A stretch of 64,000 nt of DNA from a virus. Both the position numbers and the translations under genes were made by a program. Under the pieces are notes generated by a model. That model was not told the DNA's origin. It was given only the letters and a program-made list of their open reading frames with translations, and did no database searches. Below, piece by piece: positions 1 to 9,533 of the stretch. The stretch is from IMG/VR virus record IMGVR_UViG_3300017792_000017, positions 64,001-128,000 of that record, one strand, 5' to 3'. Position 1 is the first letter of the stretch, and every line of letters begins with the position of its first letter.

Positions 1-99
1 AACATCGGTTCGATGCAGTTCGAAGAGCGTGTTGTGACGCAAGACGGCGAGACCGTCCGTGAGATCACCTTCAAGCCGCGCACCGGCACGAAGGGCTAA
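1..99 (+). CDS. 3' end of ubiquitin-like protein (PRTRC system protein C-like), truncated by window edge
   Basis: Frame 1 reads NIGSMQFEERVVTQDGETVREITFKPRTGTKG-stop; the terminal F-x3-GTKG is typical of PRTRC protein C Ubls; E2, JAB and E1 genes follow. Absent from ORF track. Confidence 0.7.
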   Translation, partial: NIGSMQFEERVVTQDGETVREITFKPRTGTKG

Positions 100-237
100 G
101 TATTACTTCAGTTGCTTTTAGCATCTGAGTAATGGTACGAGCAGCAGGGTTCCTCCTAGCCAAGCTGCTCGTCTTTCCTGTTTTTTTTAGTCGAGCTAGG
201 AGCTTAAGAAAAACAGGAATAATAAAGGACATTTACT

Positions 238-1155
238 ATGCAGACTTTTAAAGTACCTCGCTCAAGTTCTAATTTACCTAGAGAGGTGAATAAGCTTAGA
301 GTAGATGCAGAAGAGAAATTCAAACATTTCTGCACCAAGATGATCGTTGATAGCAAACTGTCAACGAAGACGTTCAATTACCAGTTTGATATGTGTGGTT
401 CGAGGTCTGGTGGTCAACGTAAGTCAGTACAGAAACTGAAAGACATTCTGCTTAAGGCGGTTAAGAAACAGGTTCCGTATCTTGAGTATATGTCTGGGGG
501 AGATCTTCTGTTTAATAACAACGGGGCTAACAGCGTAAACATAAAGCTTGTTTCTCCGTACATGATGCTCACTATTCCTGATGGTAATGAAGTCTCACTC
601 CTCTTAGAAAGCGCTAAGTGGGTTAAAGTAATGCGTCGTTACTTTCGATTTCTGAACTACAAGTGTATGAGAAATGGTATCTCTCTCAACATTGACCGGA
701 TTCGTACAAACGTAGAAGGCCATGCAGATGAACATGATACGTATAGACAGTGGACCAATAACAGAGGTCCGAAGTCTGACTTCACTGGTAGATTCAAAAT
801 TACGCTGACTGCCAAAGTATCCATTCGTGGATACTCGCATGATGCGTATCTACGCTATAATCCTCTCGGTGTTGAGCCAATTCCAGGCGTTGATACTCAC
901 GAAAAGCTTGCCCAACATTTTCTTGAAAATAATCAACTGGATAATCTTCGTGCATATAGAAACGTTGAGATATGGGACACATACGATATCACTTCTCGTC
1001 GTGGGCTTTCAGTCTACCCGGATTCAGAAAGATTTATGGCGGTAGAGAAAATCTTCCTCGTTCTGGAAGAGATGCAACAAGTAATTAAGACACTTTCTAG
1101 AAAATCGAACTATGATACTGCAGCGTTTAATATCGGAAGCGACAGCTCTACCTGA
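238..1155 (+). CDS. hypothetical protein in Ubl-system region
   Basis: 305-aa ORF with AAGGA RBS; no motif recognised. Confidence 0.75.
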   Translation: MQTFKVPRSSSNLPREVNKLRVDAEEKFKHFCTKMIVDSKLSTKTFNYQFDMCGSRSGGQRKSVQKLKDILLKAVKKQVPYLEYMSGGDLLFNNNGANSVNIKLVSPYMMLTIPDGNEVSLLLESAKWVKVMRRYFRFLNYKCMRNGISLNIDRIRTNVEGHADEHDTYRQWTNNRGPKSDFTGRFKITLTAKVSIRGYSHDAYLRYNPLGVEPIPGVDTHEKLAQHFLENNQLDNLRAYRNVEIWDTYDITSRRGLSVYPDSERFMAVEKIFLVLEEMQQVIKTLSRKSNYDTAAFNIGSDSST

Positions 1156-1369
1156 TCTGTCATCGGAAGTTAAGGAAGCACAGAGAGAGTTCAATTCTAT
1201 CGGAAGCGATCTCAGTGCTAAAGACCTTGAAACAATGGCCAAGGTAACGATTAAAACCTATGCTTGTGAGACTACCTCCAGGCGTAAGGTTAGCGTTAAG
1301 ACCATTGAAATGGGAATTGTTAAAGCCAAACATGCATCTGTTGAAGAGGATGAAGAGGATTTCGTATGA
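1112..1369 (+). CDS. small hypothetical protein with acidic tail (start uncertain)
   Basis: Stop overlaps next ATG (ATGA), suggesting translational coupling. Confidence 0.5.
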   Translation: MILQRLISEATALPDLSSEVKEAQREFNSIGSDLSAKDLETMAKVTIKTYACETTSRRKVSVKTIEMGIVKAKHASVEEDEEDFV

Positions 1370-2118
1370 GCGACTTTATTGTTGATGAAGTTAAAGAAGT
1401 TAATGTGGAAGAACAAGTGGAGCTTGTCAACGCACAAGGCCAACACATTATTCTCTTTGAAGATTGTGTAGCAGCTTTGATTGGTGATGACACGAGTCAG
1501 ATTCAAAAGCGTATTACGTACGAAGATTTCGGGAGCATCATTAACTCGATTCTGAATCGTCGTAATGAAGAGTCTCTTGAAGGATTCCAGCTTCCTGCAA
1601 ACTGTTTCTTCTTTGCGAAGTCTGGTAACTCGATTCAGCTCAGCTGTTACTATGCTGAGCGAATTGCTGAGATGGCTCACTTGGATACGAAGTATACGCT
1701 TAAGACGCCGAACTTCATTATCAGCCATAAGCTTGAGAAGCACAACGGAAAGCAGTGGCGTGTAACTGAGTCTAGGTTCTTCTGTACAGATTCCAAGGTT
1801 GGTGCATTACCGAAGGGTTTAATCTGGGATCCAGACCACAGCAATCATGTGTTCATTTCTCCGTTCCCGAACACGTATCCTGAAGGTCGTATGTGTTATG
1901 GTGGCAATTCAATGCCTTCGATCTTTCAGGACAACAACCTTCAAGGTCTGAACTGGTATTATCAGTTCTTGTTCGAATCCCCGTTCAACAATGACCTGGG
2001 TCTGCGTTCTGTTCGAGGTGATGATATGACTATTAATCAGTGGTTCGAACTTCTTGCACAAACTGCTAAAGACAATCTTGCATTCCCGTACAACAAACTT
2101 CGTGGTTATTCGCGTTAA
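1366..2118 (+). CDS. prokaryotic E2-like protein (PRTRC protein B / Prok-E2_D-like)
   Basis: SPFPNTYPEGRMCYGGN (P-F-x-N...G-x-x-C-x-G active-Cys region) and FESPFNNDL; adjacent to JAB gene. Confidence 0.75.
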   Translation: MSDFIVDEVKEVNVEEQVELVNAQGQHIILFEDCVAALIGDDTSQIQKRITYEDFGSIINSILNRRNEESLEGFQLPANCFFFAKSGNSIQLSCYYAERIAEMAHLDTKYTLKTPNFIISHKLEKHNGKQWRVTESRFFCTDSKVGALPKGLIWDPDHSNHVFISPFPNTYPEGRMCYGGNSMPSIFQDNNLQGLNWYYQFLFESPFNNDLGLRSVRGDDMTINQWFELLAQTAKDNLAFPYNKLRGYSR

Positions 2119-2132
2119 TCAAGGATATACAA

Positions 2133-3446
2133 ATGGAAATCATTAGCCAACACATTAGCTGCGTTGTTCTTCCCAATGAACTTCAAGCAGCAGTAGACGC
2201 TGGTTATAGCGAAATCTACGCAATGACCAGCGAAGGTATTATCAAGCATCACAAGCTTCGTGGTCGTAATCGTTTCGTGCGACTCAAGGTGGAAAAACTT
2301 CCGACAAACTATAAGGAAGGAAAGATCTCGCAAGAAATCAACTTCCTGCCAGATGGCAAGATTCCTATTCAGTTGTTTGATCAGGTCGTAGCCTTCTTCA
2401 AGCAAGTGATGGAAGTGAAGAAGTCCGAGCTTGAAGCAATGATCTGGGTTTGTTGGGATCAAGAGAGTGGTTATCATCTGATCGTTCCTGAGCAGCGTGT
2501 GTCTAAGGCTTCGGCATCGTATGACTGGAACTCACTGCCTGCTGGCAAGACTATTGTGTGTGACATTCATAGTCACAATACGATGGGTGCATTCTTCAGC
2601 ACCACGGACAATAACGATGACCGTGGCAATATCGGTTTCTCGGGTGTGATCGGTCGTCTGAAGGATGAAACTCCGCAAACGGTGTGGCGCTTTAATTACA
2701 AGGACAAGAAGATCGACTGCAACTTCGATGACATCTTTGTCCTCCCTACTCGTGAAGAGCAAGCAATTCCTGAAGATTGGATTTCCAAGATCGTAACTAC
2801 GAGTCCTGGGTATTCGACTGGAGGGAACAACACAAAGGGAAAAGCGGATCATCTAAAGCCTTGGCAGTACACAAGGGGCGGAAGCGAGGACGTAGGAAAT
2901 CGGGCAGGGCCGCATATGCAGGCTCGTGATCGGGGGTTACTTCCCGATGGTTATGGGAACTATTGGGAGGAGCACTCAGCTGCCGCTGGAGCTGGAGCAG
3001 GCTTCCCCTGGGAGTCCTGGGCCTTCAACCCTGATGCAGTAGACGCTGACGGTATCATCGACACGTCTATGCTTACGCTTGATAAGGCAGAGCGTGCTCT
3101 GGCGGTTCTTCGTGAGAACCCTGAGTATGAAGAGTCTCATCTGAGCGCTCATCCGCAGTTGTTCCCGTACAATCCTGATTTCGATCCTGATGCTAACACA
3201 ACGTTTGACTGTGATGAGCGTTATGAAGAAGTCAAGGAAGTTCATGGCAAAGACGTTGCTGACATCTATTGTTTGATCGATGATGGCATGGCTGTGCTGA
3301 ACGGAAAGGATGAACTCGTAGAAACTCTGATGGCAGACATGATTCATATGATGTCAGAAGAAGGTCAAGAGGAATTGTTCAAACGTCTGTATCAGGAACT
3401 TCCTGACAGTGCTCAAGAACGTATCCAGATGAACGGTATCCATTAA
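2133..3446 (+). CDS. JAB/MPN+ metalloisopeptidase (PRTRC protein A-like) with long acidic C-terminal extension
   Basis: E...DIHSHNTMGAFFSTTDNNDD JAMM motif (HxH-x7-S-x2-D). Confidence 0.85.
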   Translation: MEIISQHISCVVLPNELQAAVDAGYSEIYAMTSEGIIKHHKLRGRNRFVRLKVEKLPTNYKEGKISQEINFLPDGKIPIQLFDQVVAFFKQVMEVKKSELEAMIWVCWDQESGYHLIVPEQRVSKASASYDWNSLPAGKTIVCDIHSHNTMGAFFSTTDNNDDRGNIGFSGVIGRLKDETPQTVWRFNYKDKKIDCNFDDIFVLPTREEQAIPEDWISKIVTTSPGYSTGGNNTKGKADHLKPWQYTRGGSEDVGNRAGPHMQARDRGLLPDGYGNYWEEHSAAAGAGAGFPWESWAFNPDAVDADGIIDTSMLTLDKAERALAVLRENPEYEESHLSAHPQLFPYNPDFDPDANTTFDCDERYEEVKEVHGKDVADIYCLIDDGMAVLNGKDELVETLMADMIHMMSEEGQEELFKRLYQELPDSAQERIQMNGIH

Positions 3447-3498
3447 GGATTCAGAGGCGCTCCTAACCGAGCGCTTCTTTTTTTAGATAGGTGAGAAG

Positions 3499-3705
3499 AT
3501 GAGTGAAGTCATGGATTGGGCGTATAAAAATACTGTCCATTTGGTTAAAGATTTTCACACTGCAGCACATTGTATTACGACTGGTGGAGAAGGAACGCCT
3601 CCATTCATTTCTGCATCTTTTAGTGTTGATGGATTATCGTTTCTGATTGGGATGGCTATTGCTAGGTACGAAAATGATAAGGAGAAGAAATGCATTACAA
3701 CATGA
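3499..3705 (+). CDS. small hypothetical protein
   Basis: AGGTG RBS; first of a chain of overlapping small ORFs. Confidence 0.55.
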   Translation: MSEVMDWAYKNTVHLVKDFHTAAHCITTGGEGTPPFISASFSVDGLSFLIGMAIARYENDKEKKCITT

Positions 3706-3815
3706 CTGAGTGGTTTTTGTATTTTCTGGAATGTCAAGCTCGTCCGGATAAACGGCGTCGATTCAAAAACTATAATCATTTCTTGGAATGGCTGGCAGAG
3801 TCTCACAATGACTGA
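3690..3815 (+). CDS. 41-aa hypothetical protein (MHYNMTEWFLYFLECQARPDKRRRFKNYNHFLEWLAESHND)
   Basis: AAGGAG RBS; overlaps neighbours; below ORF-track cutoff. Confidence 0.5.
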   Translation: MHYNMTEWFLYFLECQARPDKRRRFKNYNHFLEWLAESHND

Positions 3816-3951
3816 AGAAAAGAACAAAGAAAAACAGGAATCAATGCGTGAAGGTTTTGAGGCACAACGTCAAGCTGGGGTTAATGTTGATTGGTTTACT
3901 TGGCAAATTGCTTGGAACGATGGCTGGATTGCAAAGGAATTATCTAGATGA
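3808..3951 (+). CDS. 47-aa Trp-rich hypothetical protein
   Basis: MTEEKNKEKQESMREGFEAQRQAGVNVDWFTWQIAWNDGWIAKELSR; stop overlaps next ATG (ATGA). Confidence 0.55.
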   Translation: MTEEKNKEKQESMREGFEAQRQAGVNVDWFTWQIAWNDGWIAKELSR

Positions 3952-4166
3952 TTTGTGCATATTGTAAAAAAGATGAAGATACAAGACCTTACGGATATAA
4001 AGGTGCGATGATTTGTTTAGACTGCGCTATGAAGCCTGACAATAAAAAAGAAACAGAAAAGAATTTTGAGATGCAACTTGATGCAGCTCTCTCTGCTGGC
4101 AACAACGTAGCTATCATCGGGGAAGAAACTGGACCTCGTCCTTTAAATACCGATTCTTTGGTATAA
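3948..4166 (+). CDS. small zinc-finger protein
   Basis: CAYC...CLDC pairs. Confidence 0.7.
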   Translation: MICAYCKKDEDTRPYGYKGAMICLDCAMKPDNKKETEKNFEMQLDAALSAGNNVAIIGEETGPRPLNTDSLV

Positions 4167-4167
4167 G
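4158..4167 (+). promoter_or_regulatory. TGGTATAAG plus-strand (putative early) promoter motif
   Basis: One of about 16 copies, all on + strand; upstream of E1 gene. Confidence 0.7.
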
Positions 4168-4242
4168 AGTATTGAACGGACCGCCACGTCCTTAAACAAG
4201 GTCATTGCGCCTATATGTTGTCTAACCTTCGGAGTCATTTTT

Positions 4243-5514
4243 ATGTTTACGTTTCGTCCCTCCTCTATTCCTTCGAACATTTTTGTAGTTGGCTGCGGTG
4301 GAACTGGCTCACGGCTGGTACCGGCACTGATTCAATTCATCCGGTCCATCACGAAAGAACACGTACCGTCGGGCTGGCTCGGCACCACGAACATCGTCTT
4401 GGTTGACGGTGACGTTGTTGAGCAGAAGAATTTGATTCGTCAGAACTTCGTTCAGAGCGACGTGGGTAAGAACAAGGCTGCAGTACTGGCCAATCGCTAT
4501 GCAAAGGCGTATGGCATGAACGTCGTTGCATATCCTAAGTTCATCGAAGAGAATACGAATCCATATCACTTCCGCAGTCTGCTATCGGAAGTAAGCGGCC
4601 TTGATATTCAGCATCGTTTCAACGACATGGTTATCATGTGTGTTGACAGTGCCAAGGCTCGTCGTATCGTTATCGAAGCCTTTTCTGTTAACGGTGATCC
4701 CACGGTGTTCATTGATGCAGGCAACGAAGACAGTTTTGGTCAAGTCCGTATGTTCCACAATGTAGGCTTTGTTGATTACGATTATGGCAGTGCTGAAGCT
4801 GCGCGTCCGCATTTCAAGAATCCGGAACGTATTGAGTACGCACACGATCATCTGAGCTACATTCCATTCGATTACTATTTCTATCGTGATCTGGAAGACA
4901 ATCCTGGTCTCGGTAGTTGTGCAGATCTTGATCAGACGTTGGCTATCAATTCATTGATGGCTATGTACATTCTGTCGTTCGTGCAGAATCACTTCTATAA
5001 CAAGGCTATCGACTACAATGCGGTGTCGATTGATATCGTCAGTGGATCGACCTCGTATACGAAGAATACAGTTGTGGAATATCGCAACAAGATGATTCAT
5101 GGCGACGCTGATTTGACTCAAATCGGTACGGGTTGTGCTGGAATGCTTGGAGGACTGACTGGCATTAACGCCGTTGACGTACTGAATATGTTCATTCGTC
5201 GTAATGCTCTTGAAGTGGATGCTCTGATCAAGGCTCAGACGTCTGGCGAGCCGGTAGTTAAAGAAGCAGAGAAGCCCAAGAAGAAAGCCAAGGTCAAGGA
5301 GCTTCGTCCGATCATTCAGGTTCAGCCGATGGATGTTGAGATGACTCCTGTCTATAGTGGACTTGTTGGAACTTCGGAACCCTTGGTAGGCGAGGTAAGT
5401 GGTCCTACGTTGGTAGATTTTGAAGCTGAAGCTAACAACGTATCTTTCGCTCTTCCTGAAGCGGCTGCAGAAGAAGCACGGCCATCAGTGTGGGATAACG
5501 TCGATCAGTTTTAA
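4243..5514 (+). CDS. ThiF/E1-like ubiquitin-activating enzyme (PRTRC ThiF-like)
   Basis: VVGCGGTGS nucleotide-binding loop, DGDVVEQKNLIRQNF, GKNKA, CVDS..AR, DAGN, GSCA. Confidence 0.9.
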   Translation: MFTFRPSSIPSNIFVVGCGGTGSRLVPALIQFIRSITKEHVPSGWLGTTNIVLVDGDVVEQKNLIRQNFVQSDVGKNKAAVLANRYAKAYGMNVVAYPKFIEENTNPYHFRSLLSEVSGLDIQHRFNDMVIMCVDSAKARRIVIEAFSVNGDPTVFIDAGNEDSFGQVRMFHNVGFVDYDYGSAEAARPHFKNPERIEYAHDHLSYIPFDYYFYRDLEDNPGLGSCADLDQTLAINSLMAMYILSFVQNHFYNKAIDYNAVSIDIVSGSTSYTKNTVVEYRNKMIHGDADLTQIGTGCAGMLGGLTGINAVDVLNMFIRRNALEVDALIKAQTSGEPVVKEAEKPKKKAKVKELRPIIQVQPMDVEMTPVYSGLVGTSEPLVGEVSGPTLVDFEAEANNVSFALPEAAAEEARPSVWDNVDQF

Positions 5515-5524
5515 GTATCAAAGA

Positions 5525-5557
5525 AAAAGCCCCTGTTTTACGAGGGGCTTTTTTTAG
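5525..5557. terminator. bidirectional intrinsic terminator
   Basis: aaaaagcccct-loop-aggggcttttttt between convergent genes. Confidence 0.85.
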
Positions 5558-5572
5558 CTTAGTTGCAAGCGC

Positions 5573-5980
5573 TCACGAGATTCGCTCACGACTGGACGTA
5601 GTTAAATTATCTGTGACAGTGAATTGAGCCAGGGTCGTACCGTCTTGTCTAAGCATAATCAGTGTACCAGCAGTTTTATCCCACTGCCAGCTACCAACGG
5701 CTTCATCTTGGATATTCTTGGTAATTGTGTAAAGCGATTGAGTTACTACATTTACTACTCCTTGAATAACACCAAACGCATAAAGCAAGTATGTGCCAGT
5801 AACAGTAGGTGTAAATGTCAAGTTATATAGAGGACCTGCGACAGGGGCAAACGTAACTTGAAGAACGCTTACTGCACCATTGAAAAGAAGAATTTGGTCA
5901 GGTGGGGCTGTAAGACCTGTGCTTGGCCCTTGAGCAGTAATGGTAACTGGGTTGTTTACTTCGATTTCAATTGAATACAT
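5573..5980 (-). CDS. putative virion protein (beta-rich)
   Basis: Thr/Val-rich 135 aa at end of late operon. Confidence 0.6.
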   Translation of the reverse strand: MYSIEIEVNNPVTITAQGPSTGLTAPPDQILLFNGAVSVLQVTFAPVAGPLYNLTFTPTVTGTYLLYAFGVIQGVVNVVTQSLYTITKNIQDEAVGSWQWDKTAGTLIMLRQDGTTLAQFTVTDNLTTSSRERIS

Positions 5981-6544
5981 TTAGTCACCACTCATTTCTT
6001 TGATGTAACGCTTAATAGCTTTCTTTTTGTTCTCAGTATCTTCTGTAGTCTGACCTTCTGACAGCATCTCATTGGGGATGAAGTCAAATGGAGCTACTGG
6101 TACTGAGTATCCTTCTTGGTTAAGCATGTATGCAGCTGTAGCTACAAGACCTGTTGACTCGACTGGGATATATACACCATTCTCAGTCAGGACCTTACGA
6201 ACTTCAGTAATTGCGTATGCTAGCTCAAGAGTCGTAGGTGCAGGTACGAATTCAAAGTCTGCTTCGATGTTATTAATAACGTCTGTAGCATACAGAGTAA
6301 ACGCAGCGTCTTCGAAGTACAGTTCTGGTTGAGTTTCGATAAGCTGAAGAACACTAATCTTATCACGTGTCAGGGTGTCAAGCACCATACCAAGCGTAAT
6401 AGAGATAGTTTCGATTTCTAAATCTCTCCACTCACCCTTGCCGAAGATACGATCCAAGGAGGCTTTGATGTGTGAAATTGAAGCCATTGCTAACCTAGGA
6501 TCAGGAGCTTTCAATTCAATGCCGATATCTTCTTCGTCAAACAT
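5981..6544 (-). CDS. hypothetical late protein
   Basis: 187-aa ORF in tight operon. Confidence 0.75.
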   Translation of the reverse strand: MFDEEDIGIELKAPDPRLAMASISHIKASLDRIFGKGEWRDLEIETISITLGMVLDTLTRDKISVLQLIETQPELYFEDAAFTLYATDVINNIEADFEFVPAPTTLELAYAITEVRKVLTENGVYIPVESTGLVATAAYMLNQEGYSVPVAPFDFIPNEMLSEGQTTEDTENKKKAIKRYIKEMSGD

Positions 6545-6546
6545 AC

Positions 6547-7434
6547 TTATACGTTTTTAGTTAAGTGGAGAGCTACTTTCTGCAGATCCATCGGAAGAGT
6601 TTCAAGTACTTGTTTAAAATGAGCAGGACCGTGGTCGAACTCGTTCCCAATATCTGCACCCATCATTGATGAGAAATGGCCCTTACCAAGCTTTGCGATC
6701 TTCTCAAAGGGAACGTCCTTACCGCACAGCTTAACCATCAGTGATGACCGTAGTGAAGCTTCTTTGGTATGGATTGTTTCGTTGTAGAAGTTGTAGCCCT
6801 TAGTGACTAGACCAGCTTGCTTGTCCATTTCTGAAATTGTATCACAAATGTCACGAACTGTCTCTGGGCGAATTTGATGTGGAAGCTTGTGGATTGCAGT
6901 AGCCAGTTTAACGAATGAAGGATTTTTGGTTTCGTAGAAACGATTAGCAAGTGCCTTAACTGCAGCTTCCTTATCCATATACCCATTACCTGAATAGCGT
7001 ACTACAGCTTCGCTAGGCTCAATACCCTTTTCTTTAGCTTCGTCATAAAGCTCAGCAGCTTGCTTTGAAAGAGTACCGTTTACACGAAGACCTGAGAGTT
7101 CGCCTTCGAAGTAAGCTTGCTTGGTCATGTAGTCGTCAGTAGCAATGGCAGCAGCTGTAGCTGTGCGCTGTGCAGCAGCCTTGACCATACGGTCAGTTAG
7201 TGCAGCTACCTCAGTCTGAACGCCATAAGCTTCGACAGCCTTTGCAACTTTATCTAGCGCAAAAACGTCTACGGCCTTGTAAGCGACCTTTTCATGGTAC
7301 TTCATTTGCAGGGCCGTAGCGATGCAAGAGTCCTTGTTGTCAAGGGGCATTTCTTGCTCTACAGAAGCCTGCTTTACAAATGAAGCGGCTTCCGGCACAA
7401 GATCGAGAATTTCTTTAAGTGTGTATGCTAGCAT
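6547..7434 (-). CDS. putative head core protein with many KxA motifs
   Basis: About 12 hydrophobic-x-K-x-A motifs (FVKQAS, LDKVAK, MVKAAA, MTKQAY, LSKQAA, MDKEAA, MDKQAG, HTKEAS...). Confidence 0.65.
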   Translation of the reverse strand: MLAYTLKEILDLVPEAASFVKQASVEQEMPLDNKDSCIATALQMKYHEKVAYKAVDVFALDKVAKAVEAYGVQTEVAALTDRMVKAAAQRTATAAAIATDDYMTKQAYFEGELSGLRVNGTLSKQAAELYDEAKEKGIEPSEAVVRYSGNGYMDKEAAVKALANRFYETKNPSFVKLATAIHKLPHQIRPETVRDICDTISEMDKQAGLVTKGYNFYNETIHTKEASLRSSLMVKLCGKDVPFEKIAKLGKGHFSSMMGADIGNEFDHGPAHFKQVLETLPMDLQKVALHLTKNV

Positions 7435-7454
7435 AGTGTTTATATCTTAGTTCG

Positions 7455-8057
7455 TTACATGCGTTCATTGTCGAGGTTATGCTGTTCTACAAAGAACTTA
7501 ACCTGTTCGTCACGACTAGCGTCTACTGAAGTTCTAACCTTTTCACGTACCGCTTCCAGAACCTTGTTCGTTGGTTCAAGCTGACCAGCACGGATATGAT
7601 TTGCTGTAAGAACATTTAGAGCATGACCTGGGGTAGGCGTATTAGTAAGCGTCTCTAGTTCACTTCTCATGAACCTACGATCATTCGCTCTACCAACAGC
7701 TCCTAGGATCCCGCTGAAGGCTCCAGACATACCACCGAAGATACCACCTGCCAACAATGCTTCAGCTGGCACTGAGCCGCCTCTAAATGCCTTAGAAAGG
7801 CCAAATGCTGTAGCACCACCTGATACCGCTCCGATGCCTGCTTGCATAAGAGTGTTTTTAAGAACTGATCTGAAATCGTTCTTTGAGAAACCTTGAGGTG
7901 TACCTGCGAGAATATGGTTAGCATACATCTGCAGGGCCTTAAGCTGAGTGTCTCGGCCTAGGGACTTAAAAGTCGGGTCGTCAAGAACCTTATATAGATC
8001 GATACCTTTACGTTTGTAAAAGTCTAGAAGGTTCATAACAATTTCATTGTCATTCAT
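7455..8057 (-). CDS. putative virion protein with Gly-rich hydrophobic hairpin
   Basis: AGIGAVSGGATAFG...LLAGGIFGGMSGAFSGILGAVG; TAAAATA motif upstream. Confidence 0.7.
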   Translation of the reverse strand: MNDNEIVMNLLDFYKRKGIDLYKVLDDPTFKSLGRDTQLKALQMYANHILAGTPQGFSKNDFRSVLKNTLMQAGIGAVSGGATAFGLSKAFRGGSVPAEALLAGGIFGGMSGAFSGILGAVGRANDRRFMRSELETLTNTPTPGHALNVLTANHIRAGQLEPTNKVLEAVREKVRTSVDASRDEQVKFFVEQHNLDNERM

Positions 8058-8086
8058 GGTGTAGGGATCCGTTTTACTCAGATATT

Positions 8087-8689
8087 TTAAGCGGCTAAAG
8101 CTTCTGGTTGTAAGGCTTGAGCCTTGATTTCTAAAGTCTTTTCCATGAGTTTAACGAGGTCATGGGTGAGACAAGGAGTAGTGCTTGGATTGACAGTGAA
8201 CTTGGTCTTGAGTAAGTCGTTGCTTTCTTCTGCACCTGGAATGAATCTATTCTCGATGAATACAAAGTCCCACTCTCCACTAACTGCGAAACAGCAAATT
8301 GCAAGAATGTCAAACTGGCCACGATAAAGCTTTGTAGTCTGAATAGTTCCAACACCTTCAACAGTAACTTCTCTCTTGTCTGTGTTCTTGACAGCTACTG
8401 TACCTTGCCAATTCTGTGAGAGAACGTCTTCTTTAACTGAGGAAGTCACTATCGACTTGCTCTCAATTGAGAGAGGTACACCTTTGTACACAACTCTGAA
8501 GTCACCCTTGTCTGAATCTCTGTCTTGAATCTTGGTTACGGAAGTTACTCCTGGAATACCCAAGATCTGAGTCTTCAATGCACGTTCAGCGAGATACCCT
8601 TGTAGGAATCCACGGAGAGAAGGATTCTCATCGATCATCTCTTGGATGTCGTTCATTGTGAACCCCGAAAGAATAGAAGCTTCGTTCAT
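8087..8689 (-). CDS. PD-(D/E)xK restriction-endonuclease-like nuclease (start could extend to 8731)
   Basis: GYLAE...GDFRV...IESKS pattern; FDILAIC. Confidence 0.65.
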   Translation of the reverse strand: MNEASILSGFTMNDIQEMIDENPSLRGFLQGYLAERALKTQILGIPGVTSVTKIQDRDSDKGDFRVVYKGVPLSIESKSIVTSSVKEDVLSQNWQGTVAVKNTDKREVTVEGVGTIQTTKLYRGQFDILAICCFAVSGEWDFVFIENRFIPGAEESNDLLKTKFTVNPSTTPCLTHDLVKLMEKTLEIKAQALQPEALAA

Positions 8690-8914
8690 AGCGTTTTCTT
8701 TGTATTTGATTATCATCCGATTCTCTATCACTCAAGATCTTATGTCAACGATTTTAGTGTTAAAAGAATCTGACTCTATTAGAGACGATTTAAGAGGCTT
8801 CTAGAGGTCAGGTGCTACTCGGCTACTCACTAGGCCCTCTCAGAGGCTCCTAGAGGCTGTAATCCAATCCAAGAGTATTCTGACCTTGTAAAGAGGGGGA
8901 GTTAAACAAGAAGT

Positions 8915-9480
8915 TTTTGGACGTGTCCAGTTTTGTCCAAAAATGTCCATTTTCTTCGAAACGCTGAAACCCAAGCCCAGCAAGGCTTTGCAGGCAGTGT
9001 GTCCAGTTTGTCCAGAAACTTTTTAGAAAACTGGACAGGCTCAAACCCATACTGGATAAGGCTCACAGCGATTTTGTCCAGTTTTTTCGAGGTTTTCAGA
9101 AAAACCATACCTCACTTTCTATTAGAAATAAAAAACTAGCAAAACTGTTACCCCACTCTCTTATATATAAATATATTTTTTAAAAGTTCAAATATAAATA
9201 TATATATAGTACCCCCTGTTTTCTGGACTGTTAGTGGAAACCCTATGTTTTTCTTTTTTGGTAAATTTATTTCTCAAATAGAAAGTGAGGTATGGTTTTT
9301 GGAAAAAAGGCCAAAAAACTGGACAATCTCCCGCAAAGCCTTACTGGGCTTAGGTTTCAGCTGTCCAGTTTTTTTTAGAGAAATTGGACAAACTGGACAC
9401 GCTCCCCGCAAAGCCTTACCCAGTAAGGATCCGAGGTTTTTGACAAATTGGACATTTCTGGACATGTGTCCAGTTTTTGG
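8915..9480. repeat. large imperfect inverted repeat with ~14 TGTCCA/TGGACA units around an AT-rich core; probable replication origin
   Basis: Arms such as aaaaaccatacctcactttctatt (~9099-9123) vs aatagaaagtgaggtatggttttt (~9277-9300), and gctgaaacccaagcccagcaaggctttgc vs gcaaagccttactgggcttaggtttcagc; AT-rich core ~9160-9208; non-coding. Confidence 0.8.
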
Positions 9481-9533
9481 TATAAGAAGGATAGTAACAC
9501 CCAGTAGTGCCTTCTCACGACCAAGGAAACTAC

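Noticed and set aside
8915-9480. CRISPR array or RT-associated repeat array
   Set aside because: Repeats are short, irregularly spaced and in both orientations, with no unique spacers; separated from the RT by two independently promoted genes
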